This document shows, in pieces, positions 18,708 through 28,358 of a stretch of 60,328 nt of DNA. The notes under the pieces are model-generated. The model was given only the letters and a program-made list of their open reading frames with translations, ran no database searches and was not told the origin of the DNA. This DNA is from Ruminococcus sp. (GTDB lineage Bacteria; Bacillota; Clostridia; Oscillospirales; Ruminococcaceae). Position 1 is the stretch's first letter. Every line of letters begins with the position of its first letter. The position numbers were made by a program, and so were the translations under genes. Where the stretch lies: positions 1 to 60,328 of the forward strand of contig JAAVHK010000136.1 of NCBI GenBank assembly GCA_014799765.1, given 5' to 3'.

Positions 18708-19553
18708 ATGGATAATATCATTGAAATAAGAAATCTGCATTTCCGCTATGATTCTGAAACGGAAAATAATTCGCCGGAAGTTCTCAAGGGCATAGACCTT
18801 GACATTAAAAAAGGTGAATTTGTTGCGGTATTAGGTCATAACGGTTCAGGAAAATCAACACTTGCGAAACATCTTAACGGCATACTTACGGCAACTTCCG
18901 GTACTGTCATTGTAGGTGGCATAGATACTTCCGACGAATCGAAGCTGTTTCAGTTACGACAGCGTGCCGGTATGGTCTTTCAGAATCCGGATAATCAGAT
19001 TGTTTCTTCAATAGTGGAGGAAGATGTTGCATTTGCTCTGGAAAATTTAGGCGTTCCGTATCCGGAAATGCGTAAGCGAGTTGACGAGGCTTTAAAAGCG
19101 GTAAATATGTACGATTACAGACTTCATTCACCGGCACAGCTTTCGGGAGGTCAGAAACAAAGGGTAGCTATCGCCGGAATAATTGCAATGCGTCCGGAGT
19201 GCATCATACTTGACGAACCTACCGCCATGCTTGACCCACAAGGTAGAAAAGAAGTAATTTCGGCTATACGGAAACTCAATCGGGAATACGGTATAACAAT
19301 AGTCCTGATAACTCACTACATGGACGAGGCTTCACTATGTGACCGTATTGTAGTAATGGACAAGGGGCGAGTTGTATTGGATGATATACCTGTAAAAGTT
19401 TTTTCGCAGGTGGAAATTTTACGGGCAATCGGTCTTGACGTTCCACAGGTAACGGAATTATGCTGGAATCTCAGGAAATCCGGTCTTGAAATTTCACCTG
19501 AAATAATATCCGAAGAAGAATGCGTAAAAGCATTATTAAAATTATTTAATTGA
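18708..19553 (+). CDS. ecfA1: ECF transporter ATPase A1
   Basis: GHNGSGKST, FQNPDNQ, LSGGQKQR, LDEPTAMLDP. Confidence 0.93.
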   Translation: MDNIIEIRNLHFRYDSETENNSPEVLKGIDLDIKKGEFVAVLGHNGSGKSTLAKHLNGILTATSGTVIVGGIDTSDESKLFQLRQRAGMVFQNPDNQIVSSIVEEDVAFALENLGVPYPEMRKRVDEALKAVNMYDYRLHSPAQLSGGQKQRVAIAGIIAMRPECIILDEPTAMLDPQGRKEVISAIRKLNREYGITIVLITHYMDEASLCDRIVVMDKGRVVLDDIPVKVFSQVEILRAIGLDVPQVTELCWNLRKSGLEISPEIISEEECVKALLKLFN

Positions 19554-19568
19554 AAAGGAGTATTTATT

Positions 19569-21530
19569 ATGAAAGTAAACAGAATTTTAGCCGGTATTAT
19601 GGCAGTATGCGTAATGGGTTTTGGTGTACCATATGTAAATGCGGTTACGGAGAATAATTCTATAATGACAGCCGGTGCGGATTACGAAGAGGAAGAAACA
19701 AACTACACAGAGGGAACATATAACAAAGTAATCAGGTACAGAAATTACGGTAATTATATCGAGATTGCAAGATGTTATGAATACGAAAAAGAAGTTGTTA
19801 TACCGGCGGAGATTGACGGCTTACCGGTAACAAGTATCGGCGAAAGTGCATTTCGTGGTTGTGATGTTTTAACATCATTGACGCTTCCGGACAGTATAAC
19901 AAGTATCGGAGACTATGCATTCTGTGAATGTGAAGTTTTACCATCAATAAAAATTCCGGATGGTGTAACAAGTATAGGAGACAGTGCATTTGCTGGTTGC
20001 TATGGTTTGACATCTATAGAAATTCCGGACAGTGTAAAGATTATCGGAGATTATGCATTTTATAGTTGCCGTGGTTTAAAATCAGTGAAACTTCCTGCCG
20101 GTTTAACAAGTATAGGAGAGTGGACATTTTCTGATTGCGGAAGTTTAACATCAATAAAAATTCCACAAAAGGTAACAAGTATCGGAGAATATGCATTTCA
20201 GATATGCAAAAGTTTAACATCAATAGAAATTCCCGCTGGTGTAACAAGTATAGGAGACAGTGCATTTGCTGGTTGCATGGGTCTTACATCAATAAAAATT
20301 CCTGCCGGTGTAACAAGTATCGGCAATAATGAATTTTCTTATTGCTTTGGTCTTACATCAATAGAAATTCCAGACGGTATAACAAGTATCGGAGACAATG
20401 CATTTAATGGTTGCAGTGGTCTTACATCAATAAAAATTCCTGCCGGTGTAACAAGTATAGGAGACAGTGCATTTGGTGGTTGTAGTGGTCTTACATCAAT
20501 AGAAATTCCTGCCGGTGTAACAAATATCGGAATGGATACATTTGCAGGTTGCAGTGGTCTGACGTCTATAGAAATTCCCGACAGTGTAACCAGTATCGAA
20601 AGGAGTGCATTTGAAAATTGCATTAGTCTGACATCTATAGAAATTCCCGACGGTGTAACAAGTATCGGTGAAAGTACATTCAGTGATTGCAGTAATCTTA
20701 CATCTGTAAAAATGTCAGATAGTCTGACAAGTATCGGCATAAGTGCATTTGAAAATTGCATTAGTCTGACATCTGTAGAAATTCCTGACAGTCTGACAAA
20801 TATCGGCGAAAAGACATTTAATGGTTGCAGTGGTCTGACATCTATAGACATTCCCGACGGTGTAACAAGTATCGGCGGAAGTGCATTTAAGAATTGCAGT
20901 AGTTTAATATCGGTAGAAATTCCCGACACTGTAACCGATATTGACAATTATGCATTTTCGGGTTGTAGTGGTATGACATCATTAAAAATTTCAGCCGGTG
21001 TAAAAAATCTTGGATTAGGTGTATTTTATGAATGTAGTAATCTGAAATCAATAGAAATTCCGGCAAGTGTAATAAATATCGGGGTACAGGCATTCAGTGG
21101 ATGCAGTAATCTGACATCAGTAGAAATTCCGGAAAGTGTAAAAAGTGTCAGACTATATGCATTTGATAAATGCAGTAGTTTAAAGGAAATGACTTTTTTA
21201 AATCCTGAATGTGATATTTATGACGCTTCTGCTACAATAGGCGATACAGTAACAATATACGGCTATGAAAACTCCACGGCACAGGAATACGCCGAAAAAT
21301 ATGACAGAAAATTTGTCACACTGGGAGAAGCTCCGGAAAAAGAGGTCATAACAGGCGATATAAACGGCGACAATAAAGTAAGTATAGCCGACGCTGTACT
21401 TCTTCAGACTTATATTTTAGGTAAGAATAATCTTAAATCGGGACAGTTTAAGAGAGCTGACCTCACCGGCGACGGCGTTGTAGATGCTTTTGATATGATT
21501 CTTTTAAGACGTATGATTCTTGAAAAATAA
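19569..21530 (+). CDS. Secreted BspA-type leucine-rich repeat protein with C-terminal dockerin
   Basis: Signal peptide; about 20 23-aa repeats (LTSIEIPxxVTSIGxxAFxxC); GDINGDNKVSIADAVLLQ...ADLTGDGVVDAFD dockerin. Confidence 0.92.
   Translation: MKVNRILAGIMAVCVMGFGVPYVNAVTENNSIMTAGADYEEEETNYTEGTYNKVIRYRNYGNYIEIARCYEYEKEVVIPAEIDGLPVTSIGESAFRGCDVLTSLTLPDSITSIGDYAFCECEVLPSIKIPDGVTSIGDSAFAGCYGLTSIEIPDSVKIIGDYAFYSCRGLKSVKLPAGLTSIGEWTFSDCGSLTSIKIPQKVTSIGEYAFQICKSLTSIEIPAGVTSIGDSAFAGCMGLTSIKIPAGVTSIGNNEFSYCFGLTSIEIPDGITSIGDNAFNGCSGLTSIKIPAGVTSIGDSAFGGCSGLTSIEIPAGVTNIGMDTFAGCSGLTSIEIPDSVTSIERSAFENCISLTSIEIPDGVTSIGESTFSDCSNLTSVKMSDSLTSIGISAFENCISLTSVEIPDSLTNIGEKTFNGCSGLTSIDIPDGVTSIGGSAFKNCSSLISVEIPDTVTDIDNYAFSGCSGMTSLKISAGVKNLGLGVFYECSNLKSIEIPASVINIGVQAFSGCSNLTSVEIPESVKSVRLYAFDKCSSLKEMTFLNPECDIYDASATIGDTVTIYGYENSTAQEYAEKYDRKFVTLGEAPEKEVITGDINGDNKVSIADAVLLQTYILGKNNLKSGQFKRADLTGDGVVDAFDMILLRRMILEK
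19800..21200 (+). repeat. 69-bp tandem LRR coding repeats
   Basis: GGTGTAACAAGTATAGGAGACAGTGCATTTG recurs at 19962, 20238 (+4x69) and 20445 (+3x69); boundaries approximate. Confidence 0.85.
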
Positions 21531-21557
21531 AATTATTCAGTGAAAAGGAGGAAAAAA

Positions 21558-22925
21558 ATGAAAGTAAACAGAATAATTGCCAGTATTATGGCAGTATGCG
21601 TAATGGGCTGTGGTGTTCCGTATGTGAATACCGTTCCGGAGAATAATTCCGTAATTACAGCCGGTGCGGTAGACGAAGCAGACTACACAGAGGGTACATA
21701 TGAACAACTGACATACAAAAATTACGGAGATTACATAGAAATTTCCGATTGTGACGAATCCGCAACAGAAGTTGTTATACCAACGGAGATAGACGGCGTG
21801 CCGGTAACACGTATCGGAGAATATGCATTTCATGATTGTATCAGTTTAACATCAGTAGAAATTCCTCATAGTGTAACAATTATTGGACGTTTTGCATTTT
21901 ATCTTTGCAATGATTTAAAATCAATAGAAATTCCCGATAGTATAATAAGTATTGAAGCCTTTGCATTTGTAGATTGCAGTAGTTTAAAATCAATAGAAAT
22001 TCCTGATAGTATAACAAGTATTGGATATCGTGCATTTGCTGGTTGCAGTAGTTTGACATCAATAGAAATTCCTGATAGTTTAACAAATATTGGTGGCGAA
22101 GCTTTTATTGAAACATTATGGCTTGAAGAAAAGCAGAAAGAGAATCCGCTTGTTGTTGTAAACAATGTTCTGATTGATGGTAAAACCTGTATGGGTGATA
22201 TTGTTATTCCCGACAGTGTAACAAGTATCGGAGAATGTGCGTTTTCTGATTGTATTAGTTTAACATCAGTAAAAATTCCCGATAATGTAACAAGTATTGG
22301 AGAGTATGCATTTTCTGATTGCAGTAATTTAATATCAGTAGAAATTCCCGATAGTGTAACAAGTATTGAATCCGATATATTTAGTGGTTGCAGTGGTTTA
22401 ACATCAATAGAAATTCCTGATAGTATAACAAACATCGAATACAGTGCATTTCAGAAATGCAGTAGTTTAACGTCAATAGAAATTCCCGATAGTGTAATAA
22501 GTATGCAGAATCAAGCATTTTATCGTTGTAAAAGTTTAACATCAATAACTATCTTAAATCCTGAATGTTATATTTATGATTATAATTCTACGATTTCAAA
22601 TGGATATAATGAAAATAAAGGTGGTTTTTATTTTGACGGCACTATATACGGCTATGAAAACTCTACCGCACAGGCATACGCTGAAAAATATAATAGAAAA
22701 TTTGTCTCACTGGGAGAAGCTCCGGAAAAAGATACCATAACAGGCGACATTAACGGCGACAATAAAGTAAGTATAGCCGACGCTGTATTACTTCAGTCGT
22801 ATATTTTAGGTGGACAGGAACTTACAGAAGAAAAGTTTAAGAGGGCAGACCTCACCGGCGACGGCTTTGTTGATTCTTTTGATATGGTTCTGTTAAGACG
22901 TATGATTATTGAGAATAACAAATAA
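21558..22925 (+). CDS. Secreted BspA-type LRR protein with C-terminal dockerin (paralog)
   Basis: AGGAGG RBS, ATG 21558; signal peptide closely similar to the upstream gene; about 10 LRRs with an internal TLWLEE...GDIVIP insert; dockerin. Confidence 0.92.
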   Translation: MKVNRIIASIMAVCVMGCGVPYVNTVPENNSVITAGAVDEADYTEGTYEQLTYKNYGDYIEISDCDESATEVVIPTEIDGVPVTRIGEYAFHDCISLTSVEIPHSVTIIGRFAFYLCNDLKSIEIPDSIISIEAFAFVDCSSLKSIEIPDSITSIGYRAFAGCSSLTSIEIPDSLTNIGGEAFIETLWLEEKQKENPLVVVNNVLIDGKTCMGDIVIPDSVTSIGECAFSDCISLTSVKIPDNVTSIGEYAFSDCSNLISVEIPDSVTSIESDIFSGCSGLTSIEIPDSITNIEYSAFQKCSSLTSIEIPDSVISMQNQAFYRCKSLTSITILNPECYIYDYNSTISNGYNENKGGFYFDGTIYGYENSTAQAYAEKYNRKFVSLGEAPEKDTITGDINGDNKVSIADAVLLQSYILGGQELTEEKFKRADLTGDGFVDSFDMVLLRRMIIENNK

Positions 22926-22939
22926 AAAGGAGTGATAAA

Positions 22940-23806
22940 ATGGCAGTCCTGAAAACCGAAGAACTTACTTATATATACAGTCAGGGTACGCCGTTTGAAA
23001 AAACTGCCGTTGACCACGTAAATCTTGAAATAAACGAGGGCGAAATAATCGGGATAATGGGTCATACAGGTTCAGGGAAATCAACGCTGATACAGCATTT
23101 CAACGGATTACTGAAAGGAACTTCCGGAAAAATTTATCTTGACGGTAAGGACATATGGGAAAATAAATCAGAAATAAGACAGGTACGGTTTAAAGTGGGT
23201 TTGGTTTTTCAGTATCCGGAGTATCAGATTTTTGAGGAAACTGTCTATAAAGATATAGCATTCGGGTGCAGGAATATGGGTCTTGACGACAAGGAAATAA
23301 AACGCCGTGTGATAGAAACCGCCCATGATATAGGGCTTCCGGAAGAAATACTTGAAAAATCACCGTTTGAACTTTCCGGCGGTCAGAAACGGCGTGTAGC
23401 TATAGCCGGAGTAATGGCAATGAATCCACGGGTACTTATTCTTGACGAACCCACAGCCGGTCTTGACCCTATGGGACGTGACAGGATTTTTGAATATATA
23501 AAGGCGTATCATAAAAAGACAGGAAATACTATAATGATAGTCTCGCACAGTATGGAGGATATAGCCCGATTTGCCGACAGAATACTTGTAATGAATAATG
23601 GTAGCGTTTTCTGTTTCGACGAGACAGAAAAAGTTTTTTCACGTGCGGAAGAAATTTCACGTATAGGTCTCGACGTACCGCAGATAACTAAAGTCTTTAT
23701 GGAACTGAAAAAACATGGTCTTGATTTTGGTACGGAAATATATACAGTTGACTATGCAAAGGAAGTAATTTTAAAAAAACTAAAGGAGAGAGGCATTATA
23801 TGCTGA
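22940..23806 (+). CDS. ecfA2: ECF transporter ATPase A2
   Basis: YSQGTPFE, GHTGSGKST, FQYPEYQ, SPFELSGGQKRR. Confidence 0.93.
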   Translation: MAVLKTEELTYIYSQGTPFEKTAVDHVNLEINEGEIIGIMGHTGSGKSTLIQHFNGLLKGTSGKIYLDGKDIWENKSEIRQVRFKVGLVFQYPEYQIFEETVYKDIAFGCRNMGLDDKEIKRRVIETAHDIGLPEEILEKSPFELSGGQKRRVAIAGVMAMNPRVLILDEPTAGLDPMGRDRIFEYIKAYHKKTGNTIMIVSHSMEDIARFADRILVMNNGSVFCFDETEKVFSRAEEISRIGLDVPQITKVFMELKKHGLDFGTEIYTVDYAKEVILKKLKERGIIC

Positions 23807-24603
23807 AAGATATTACAATAGGACAGTATTTCCCGATAGACAGTATAATACATCGCCTTGACCCTCGGTTTAAGATAGTCATGACGCTTATATTTATAAT
23901 AATGCTTTTTACCGGCGAATCTTTCATATGTATGGGAATAAGTGCAGTATATACATTGATAGCAGTATTTCTTTCGAGAATAAAATTAAGAATGTTCTGC
24001 AAAAGCATTAAACCTTTGATGCCGTTTCTGTTTATAACGGCAGTATTGAATCTGCTTTTTGTCAGTGACGGAGATGTTTATTTTCACTGGAAATTCATTA
24101 AAATAACTTCCGACGGAATAAATGTCAGTGTATTCATGATAATAAGAATTGTGCTTCTTATAATCGGGAGTTCCCTGCTCACGTATACAACTTCTCCTAT
24201 AACCCTTACTGATGCCGTGGAAAAACTTCTTTCACCGCTGAAAAGATTTAAATTTCCGGTACACGAGCTTGCTATGATGATGTCCATTGCATTGAGATTC
24301 ATTCCTACACTCATTGAGGAAACGGACAGGATAATTTCCGCACAGAAAGCACGGGGAGCTGAAATTGATACCGGCAATCTTACAGACAGGGCGAAAAATA
24401 TGGTATCAATATTAGTACCGCTTTTTATATCGGCGTTCCGGAGAGCCGACGAACTCGCCACCGCTATGGAGTGCAGATGTTATAATGGCGGTGAGGGAAG
24501 AACACGTCTCCGCCAGTTGAAATCCTCACCGGCAGACTATATGGCACTTGCAGTGACAATACTTTTCTTTGTATGCGTAATTATTTTAAATATATTTATT
24601 TGA
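23800..24603 (+). CDS. ecfT: ECF transporter T component
   Basis: DITIGQY, HRLDPR, ALRFIPTL, AQKARG, AMECRCY. Confidence 0.93.
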   Translation: MLKDITIGQYFPIDSIIHRLDPRFKIVMTLIFIIMLFTGESFICMGISAVYTLIAVFLSRIKLRMFCKSIKPLMPFLFITAVLNLLFVSDGDVYFHWKFIKITSDGINVSVFMIIRIVLLIIGSSLLTYTTSPITLTDAVEKLLSPLKRFKFPVHELAMMMSIALRFIPTLIEETDRIISAQKARGAEIDTGNLTDRAKNMVSILVPLFISAFRRADELATAMECRCYNGGEGRTRLRQLKSSPADYMALAVTILFFVCVIILNIFI

Positions 24604-24615
24604 GGTAAAAAAGAA

Positions 24616-27600
24616 ATGGAAGATAATAAAACTATTAAACAGAACGGTCTGAAAAAAATAATTCAGATTATCGGAAAAAACAGATTCATAAGATTTATTT
24701 ACGACAAAGGAATATTATGTTTTCTGTTGTCGTTCATGATACCGTCGGCGATAATGCTTTATGCGTTTTCCTACAGTAAGATACACCCGTTCGGTGACAG
24801 ACAGATGTTAGTAGTAGATTTATGGCATCAGTACTATCCGTTTTTCCGTGTGGAACGTGAAAAATTAATTAACGGCGATTCTTTTCTGTATTCGTGGCAG
24901 AACGGTATGGGAACTAATTTTCTTTCACTTATTTCCTACTATGCAGGCAGTCCGCTGAACTGGCTTTCGGTATTTTTCAGCGACGACAATACAAGAGATG
25001 CCCTTACATACATACTTATAGCAAAGATAGGTTTCAGCGGAGCGTTTTTCAGTTGTTTTCTGCGATATACCTACAGACAGAAAAATTTTTCCGTATGTAT
25101 GTTTTCGACAATGTTTGCATTATGCAGTTATATGTTAGGTTACTACTGGAATGTAATGTGGTTCGATACAATAGCATTATTTCCGCTTGTGATGACCGGT
25201 ATCATAGCAATGTGTCGTGAGGGTAAATGGAAATTATTTACCGTATCGCTTGCACTGTCGCTTGTATCGAGTTACTATATAGGATATTTTACCTGTATAT
25301 TCTGTGTATTCATGTTTGCCGGAGCAGGTATAATAGAACCGAAAGGAATCAAGGATTTTTTTGTAAAGTTATTTATTATGGTGCGTTCTTCGATACTGGG
25401 AATAGCACTGTCGGCGTTTATGACATTACCGGCATATTTCGGACTGAAACTGACACACAGTGCGGACAATTCATTTCCGAAAGATACAGTATTCTATGAA
25501 AAATGGACAGATATTTTCAGGAATCTTCTTTCATTCAGCGAACCGGCAAAAGTTGAGGGACTTCCTAATTTTGCGTGCGGAATGTTGGCAATATTATTAT
25601 TCGGAGTGTTTTTATTATCGAACGGCATAAAAATACGTGAAAAAATTTCCGTACTCGTAATGCTTGCGGTAATAGTTGTAAGCTGTAACCTTAATAAACT
25701 TAATTATATATGGCACGGATTTCATTTTACTAACCAGATACCTTACAGATTTGCATTTATATTCAGTGCTGTACTGATTGCATCGGCGTTCCGTGCATAC
25801 GACGTTATCATGAAAAAGGGCATTACGATATATCAATGTATTCTGCTTGTAGTCGCTCCGATAGTGTTTTTCTATCTGCATTACTATAAGTCGCCGAAAG
25901 GATTTCCGTTAAATTCCACGAACAGAATAATTTTACTTTCAGTTACCGGTGTTAGCCTCGTATTGATAATACTTTCCGCCGTACTGAAAAACAGAAAATA
26001 TAATATTATTTTTGTACCTGTTTTTGCGATAGGGTGGGGTATTTTCTTCATGATGTATGCAGATTCCGACAAACGCATAAATCTTGAAGATATTTTCGAT
26101 ACTGAAAAAACAGATTCTTTACTTGCATCACTGCTGATTACGATTTTATTCTTCATGATATTTGCACTTGTAAAAATCGTTAATATAAAGAATCCCGCTT
26201 TAAGAAATGCTGTCACCGGTGTTGCCGTATCGTGCGTATTAGGTTTTGAACTCGTTGTAAATTCCGTAATAGGAGTACAGACCGTCAATACGTCGAGTTA
26301 TACAGGTTATCCGGATAAGAATACACAGGTACAGTCACTTCTTGACAGCATACGTCAGAACGATGACGGATTTTTCTACAGGACTGAAATGACAACTCCG
26401 TATACCCTTAATGACAGTGCCTTATACGGTTATTACGGATTATCACAGTTTTCTTCGTCGGCAAATGTTTCGGTTACACGTCTTATGCGTAGAATGGGTC
26501 TTTATGCATCTGAAGCCGGTAACAGATATTATTACAGAATTTCCACACCGGTAGTAAATTCGCTTTTCGGAATAAAGTATATTATTTCAAAAGGTGGTGT
26601 AATGCGTAGTGGTGAGATGTCACATGAAATGCTGAAATCCGTTGAGGGTGTATACTCGTATAAGAATAAATATCCGTTGTCACTGGGCTATATGATGAGT
26701 GAAGATATTCTTGACCTTGAGGATAAAAACAGTACTAATCCATTTGAATTTCAGAATACTGTTATGAAACTTGCAACAGGTGTTGAAAATCCATGCTTTA
26801 CCGCACAGCCGGTAGCACTCGTCGACTACAACAACATAAACGTAAAGAAAAGCGGTTACGGAAACTACTCATTCACTAAGGATAATGAAAATCTTGCTTC
26901 CAGTGCAACGTACAGTTACGACGGTGTGGACGGAGGTTATCTTTACGGATACGCTACTAACGGTGGTTGCGACAAAATAAATGTCAAATGTGAGGGAAGC
27001 ATTATCGACAGTGACATTGAAATTGACGATTACCCTATAGTGTTTCCTATGGGTAACGGTCAGGCGGGTACAACAGTTGATGTTGAAATTTCCGCAAAAA
27101 AGGATAATAAGTCAGGAAGTTATAATTTAATGGTTTATGCTCTTAAACAATCGGCTTTCGAGGAAGCTTATAACAAACTTGCTGACGAACAGTTGAATAT
27201 AACATCATTCAGTGATGATAAAATATCCGGTGAAATAGATGTCCTTCAGGACGGTATATTATTCATGTCAATGCCGTATGAAAAGGGCTGGACGGTTTAC
27301 GTTGACGGCGAAAAATCTGAAACCATGCCGGTACTTCACGCAATGACAGGTGTAAGAGTTTCCGCCGGACATCATACTATAACCCTTGAATATATGCCGG
27401 AAGGTCTCGTAACAGGCGTTATAGTTTCCGGAGTGGCAGTTATACTTTTTGTTGTGATAGCTTTTCTTGATTTCAGAAAACGTCGTAACAGAAAAGCAGT
27501 TCCGGATATTACGGAGGGAATCTTAAAGAAAATGATTACGGAAAATAACGAATCAATACAGGAGGTTGAAAATGAGGAATCTGAAAGTAATGACGGCTTA

Positions 27601-27666
27601 CAGGGGAACGAATTACCACGGCTACCAGATACAGAACAATGCCCTGACGATACAGGAAGTACTTGA
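24616..27666 (+). CDS. YfhO family membrane glycosyltransferase
   Basis: DLWHQYYPF, YYAGSPLN, multi-TM N-half, PYEKGWTVYVDG near the C-terminus. Confidence 0.88.
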   Translation: MEDNKTIKQNGLKKIIQIIGKNRFIRFIYDKGILCFLLSFMIPSAIMLYAFSYSKIHPFGDRQMLVVDLWHQYYPFFRVEREKLINGDSFLYSWQNGMGTNFLSLISYYAGSPLNWLSVFFSDDNTRDALTYILIAKIGFSGAFFSCFLRYTYRQKNFSVCMFSTMFALCSYMLGYYWNVMWFDTIALFPLVMTGIIAMCREGKWKLFTVSLALSLVSSYYIGYFTCIFCVFMFAGAGIIEPKGIKDFFVKLFIMVRSSILGIALSAFMTLPAYFGLKLTHSADNSFPKDTVFYEKWTDIFRNLLSFSEPAKVEGLPNFACGMLAILLFGVFLLSNGIKIREKISVLVMLAVIVVSCNLNKLNYIWHGFHFTNQIPYRFAFIFSAVLIASAFRAYDVIMKKGITIYQCILLVVAPIVFFYLHYYKSPKGFPLNSTNRIILLSVTGVSLVLIILSAVLKNRKYNIIFVPVFAIGWGIFFMMYADSDKRINLEDIFDTEKTDSLLASLLITILFFMIFALVKIVNIKNPALRNAVTGVAVSCVLGFELVVNSVIGVQTVNTSSYTGYPDKNTQVQSLLDSIRQNDDGFFYRTEMTTPYTLNDSALYGYYGLSQFSSSANVSVTRLMRRMGLYASEAGNRYYYRISTPVVNSLFGIKYIISKGGVMRSGEMSHEMLKSVEGVYSYKNKYPLSLGYMMSEDILDLEDKNSTNPFEFQNTVMKLATGVENPCFTAQPVALVDYNNINVKKSGYGNYSFTKDNENLASSATYSYDGVDGGYLYGYATNGGCDKINVKCEGSIIDSDIEIDDYPIVFPMGNGQAGTTVDVEISAKKDNKSGSYNLMVYALKQSAFEEAYNKLADEQLNITSFSDDKISGEIDVLQDGILFMSMPYEKGWTVYVDGEKSETMPVLHAMTGVRVSAGHHTITLEYMPEGLVTGVIVSGVAVILFVVIAFLDFRKRRNRKAVPDITEGILKKMITENNESIQEVENEESESNDGLQGNELPRLPDTEQCPDDTGST

Positions 27667-28327
27667 AAAATGCGTCTCGAAAGTCCTGAATCACCCTGTA
27701 AGTATAACGGGCTGTTCCCGTACAGATACCGGCGTACACGCTAATCAGTTCTGTTTTAACGTCCATACAGACAGTAAAATAAAAACGACTGGTTTTGTAC
27801 GTGGTGTCAATGGCGAACTTCCTGACGATATTTCAATTTTATCCTGTGAGGACGTACCGCCGGAATTTCATGCAAGATTCGATTGTAAAGGCAAGGAATA
27901 TATATATAAAATTCATTGTAGCGAATCCAAAAACCCTTTCGCTACTGATTTGATGTTCCATTACAGGCGGAAACTTAATCTTGATGTCATAAAAAAAGCA
28001 TCATGTCATTTTGTAGGTACGCATGACTTCTCATCCTTTTGTGCAGACTGTACTAATATTTCAACAACTGTACGCACAATTTATTCTCTTGAAATAGAAA
28101 ATTGTGGTGATACGGTGATAATACTTGTAAAAGGCGACGGTTTTCTGTATAATATGATTAGGATTATTGTCGGGACGCTCCTTGACGTAAGTGAGGGCAG
28201 AATTTCCCCCGATGATATTCCGGAAATTATTTCGGCACATGACCGTCTCAGAGCAGGCAGAACAGCTATGGCACATGGTCTGTATCTGAACAGGGTCTTT
28301 TATGACGAAAAAAATTTATTGTTGTAG
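27572..28327 (+). CDS. truA: tRNA pseudouridine(38-40) synthase
   Basis: SRTDTGVHA, FHARF, GTHDF, FLYNMIRI, GLYL; GGAGG RBS before ATG 27572. Confidence 0.95.
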   Translation: MRNLKVMTAYRGTNYHGYQIQNNALTIQEVLEKCVSKVLNHPVSITGCSRTDTGVHANQFCFNVHTDSKIKTTGFVRGVNGELPDDISILSCEDVPPEFHARFDCKGKEYIYKIHCSESKNPFATDLMFHYRRKLNLDVIKKASCHFVGTHDFSSFCADCTNISTTVRTIYSLEIENCGDTVIILVKGDGFLYNMIRIIVGTLLDVSEGRISPDDIPEIISAHDRLRAGRTAMAHGLYLNRVFYDEKNLLL

Positions 28328-28358
28328 AAACAGAAGATTTTCAAAGGGGTGATACTGA

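Noticed and set aside
20339-22435. Long antisense ORFs (20339-20947, 21899-22435) with repetitive translations
   Set aside because: Shadows of the LRR repeats; no evident RBS or independent coding signal.
19800-22560. Regular 69-bp repeats as a possible CRISPR array or DGR template/variable pair
   Set aside because: The repeats are in-frame, degenerate LRR codons with no unique spacers; no cas or reverse transcriptase gene is present, and differences are not adenine-restricted.
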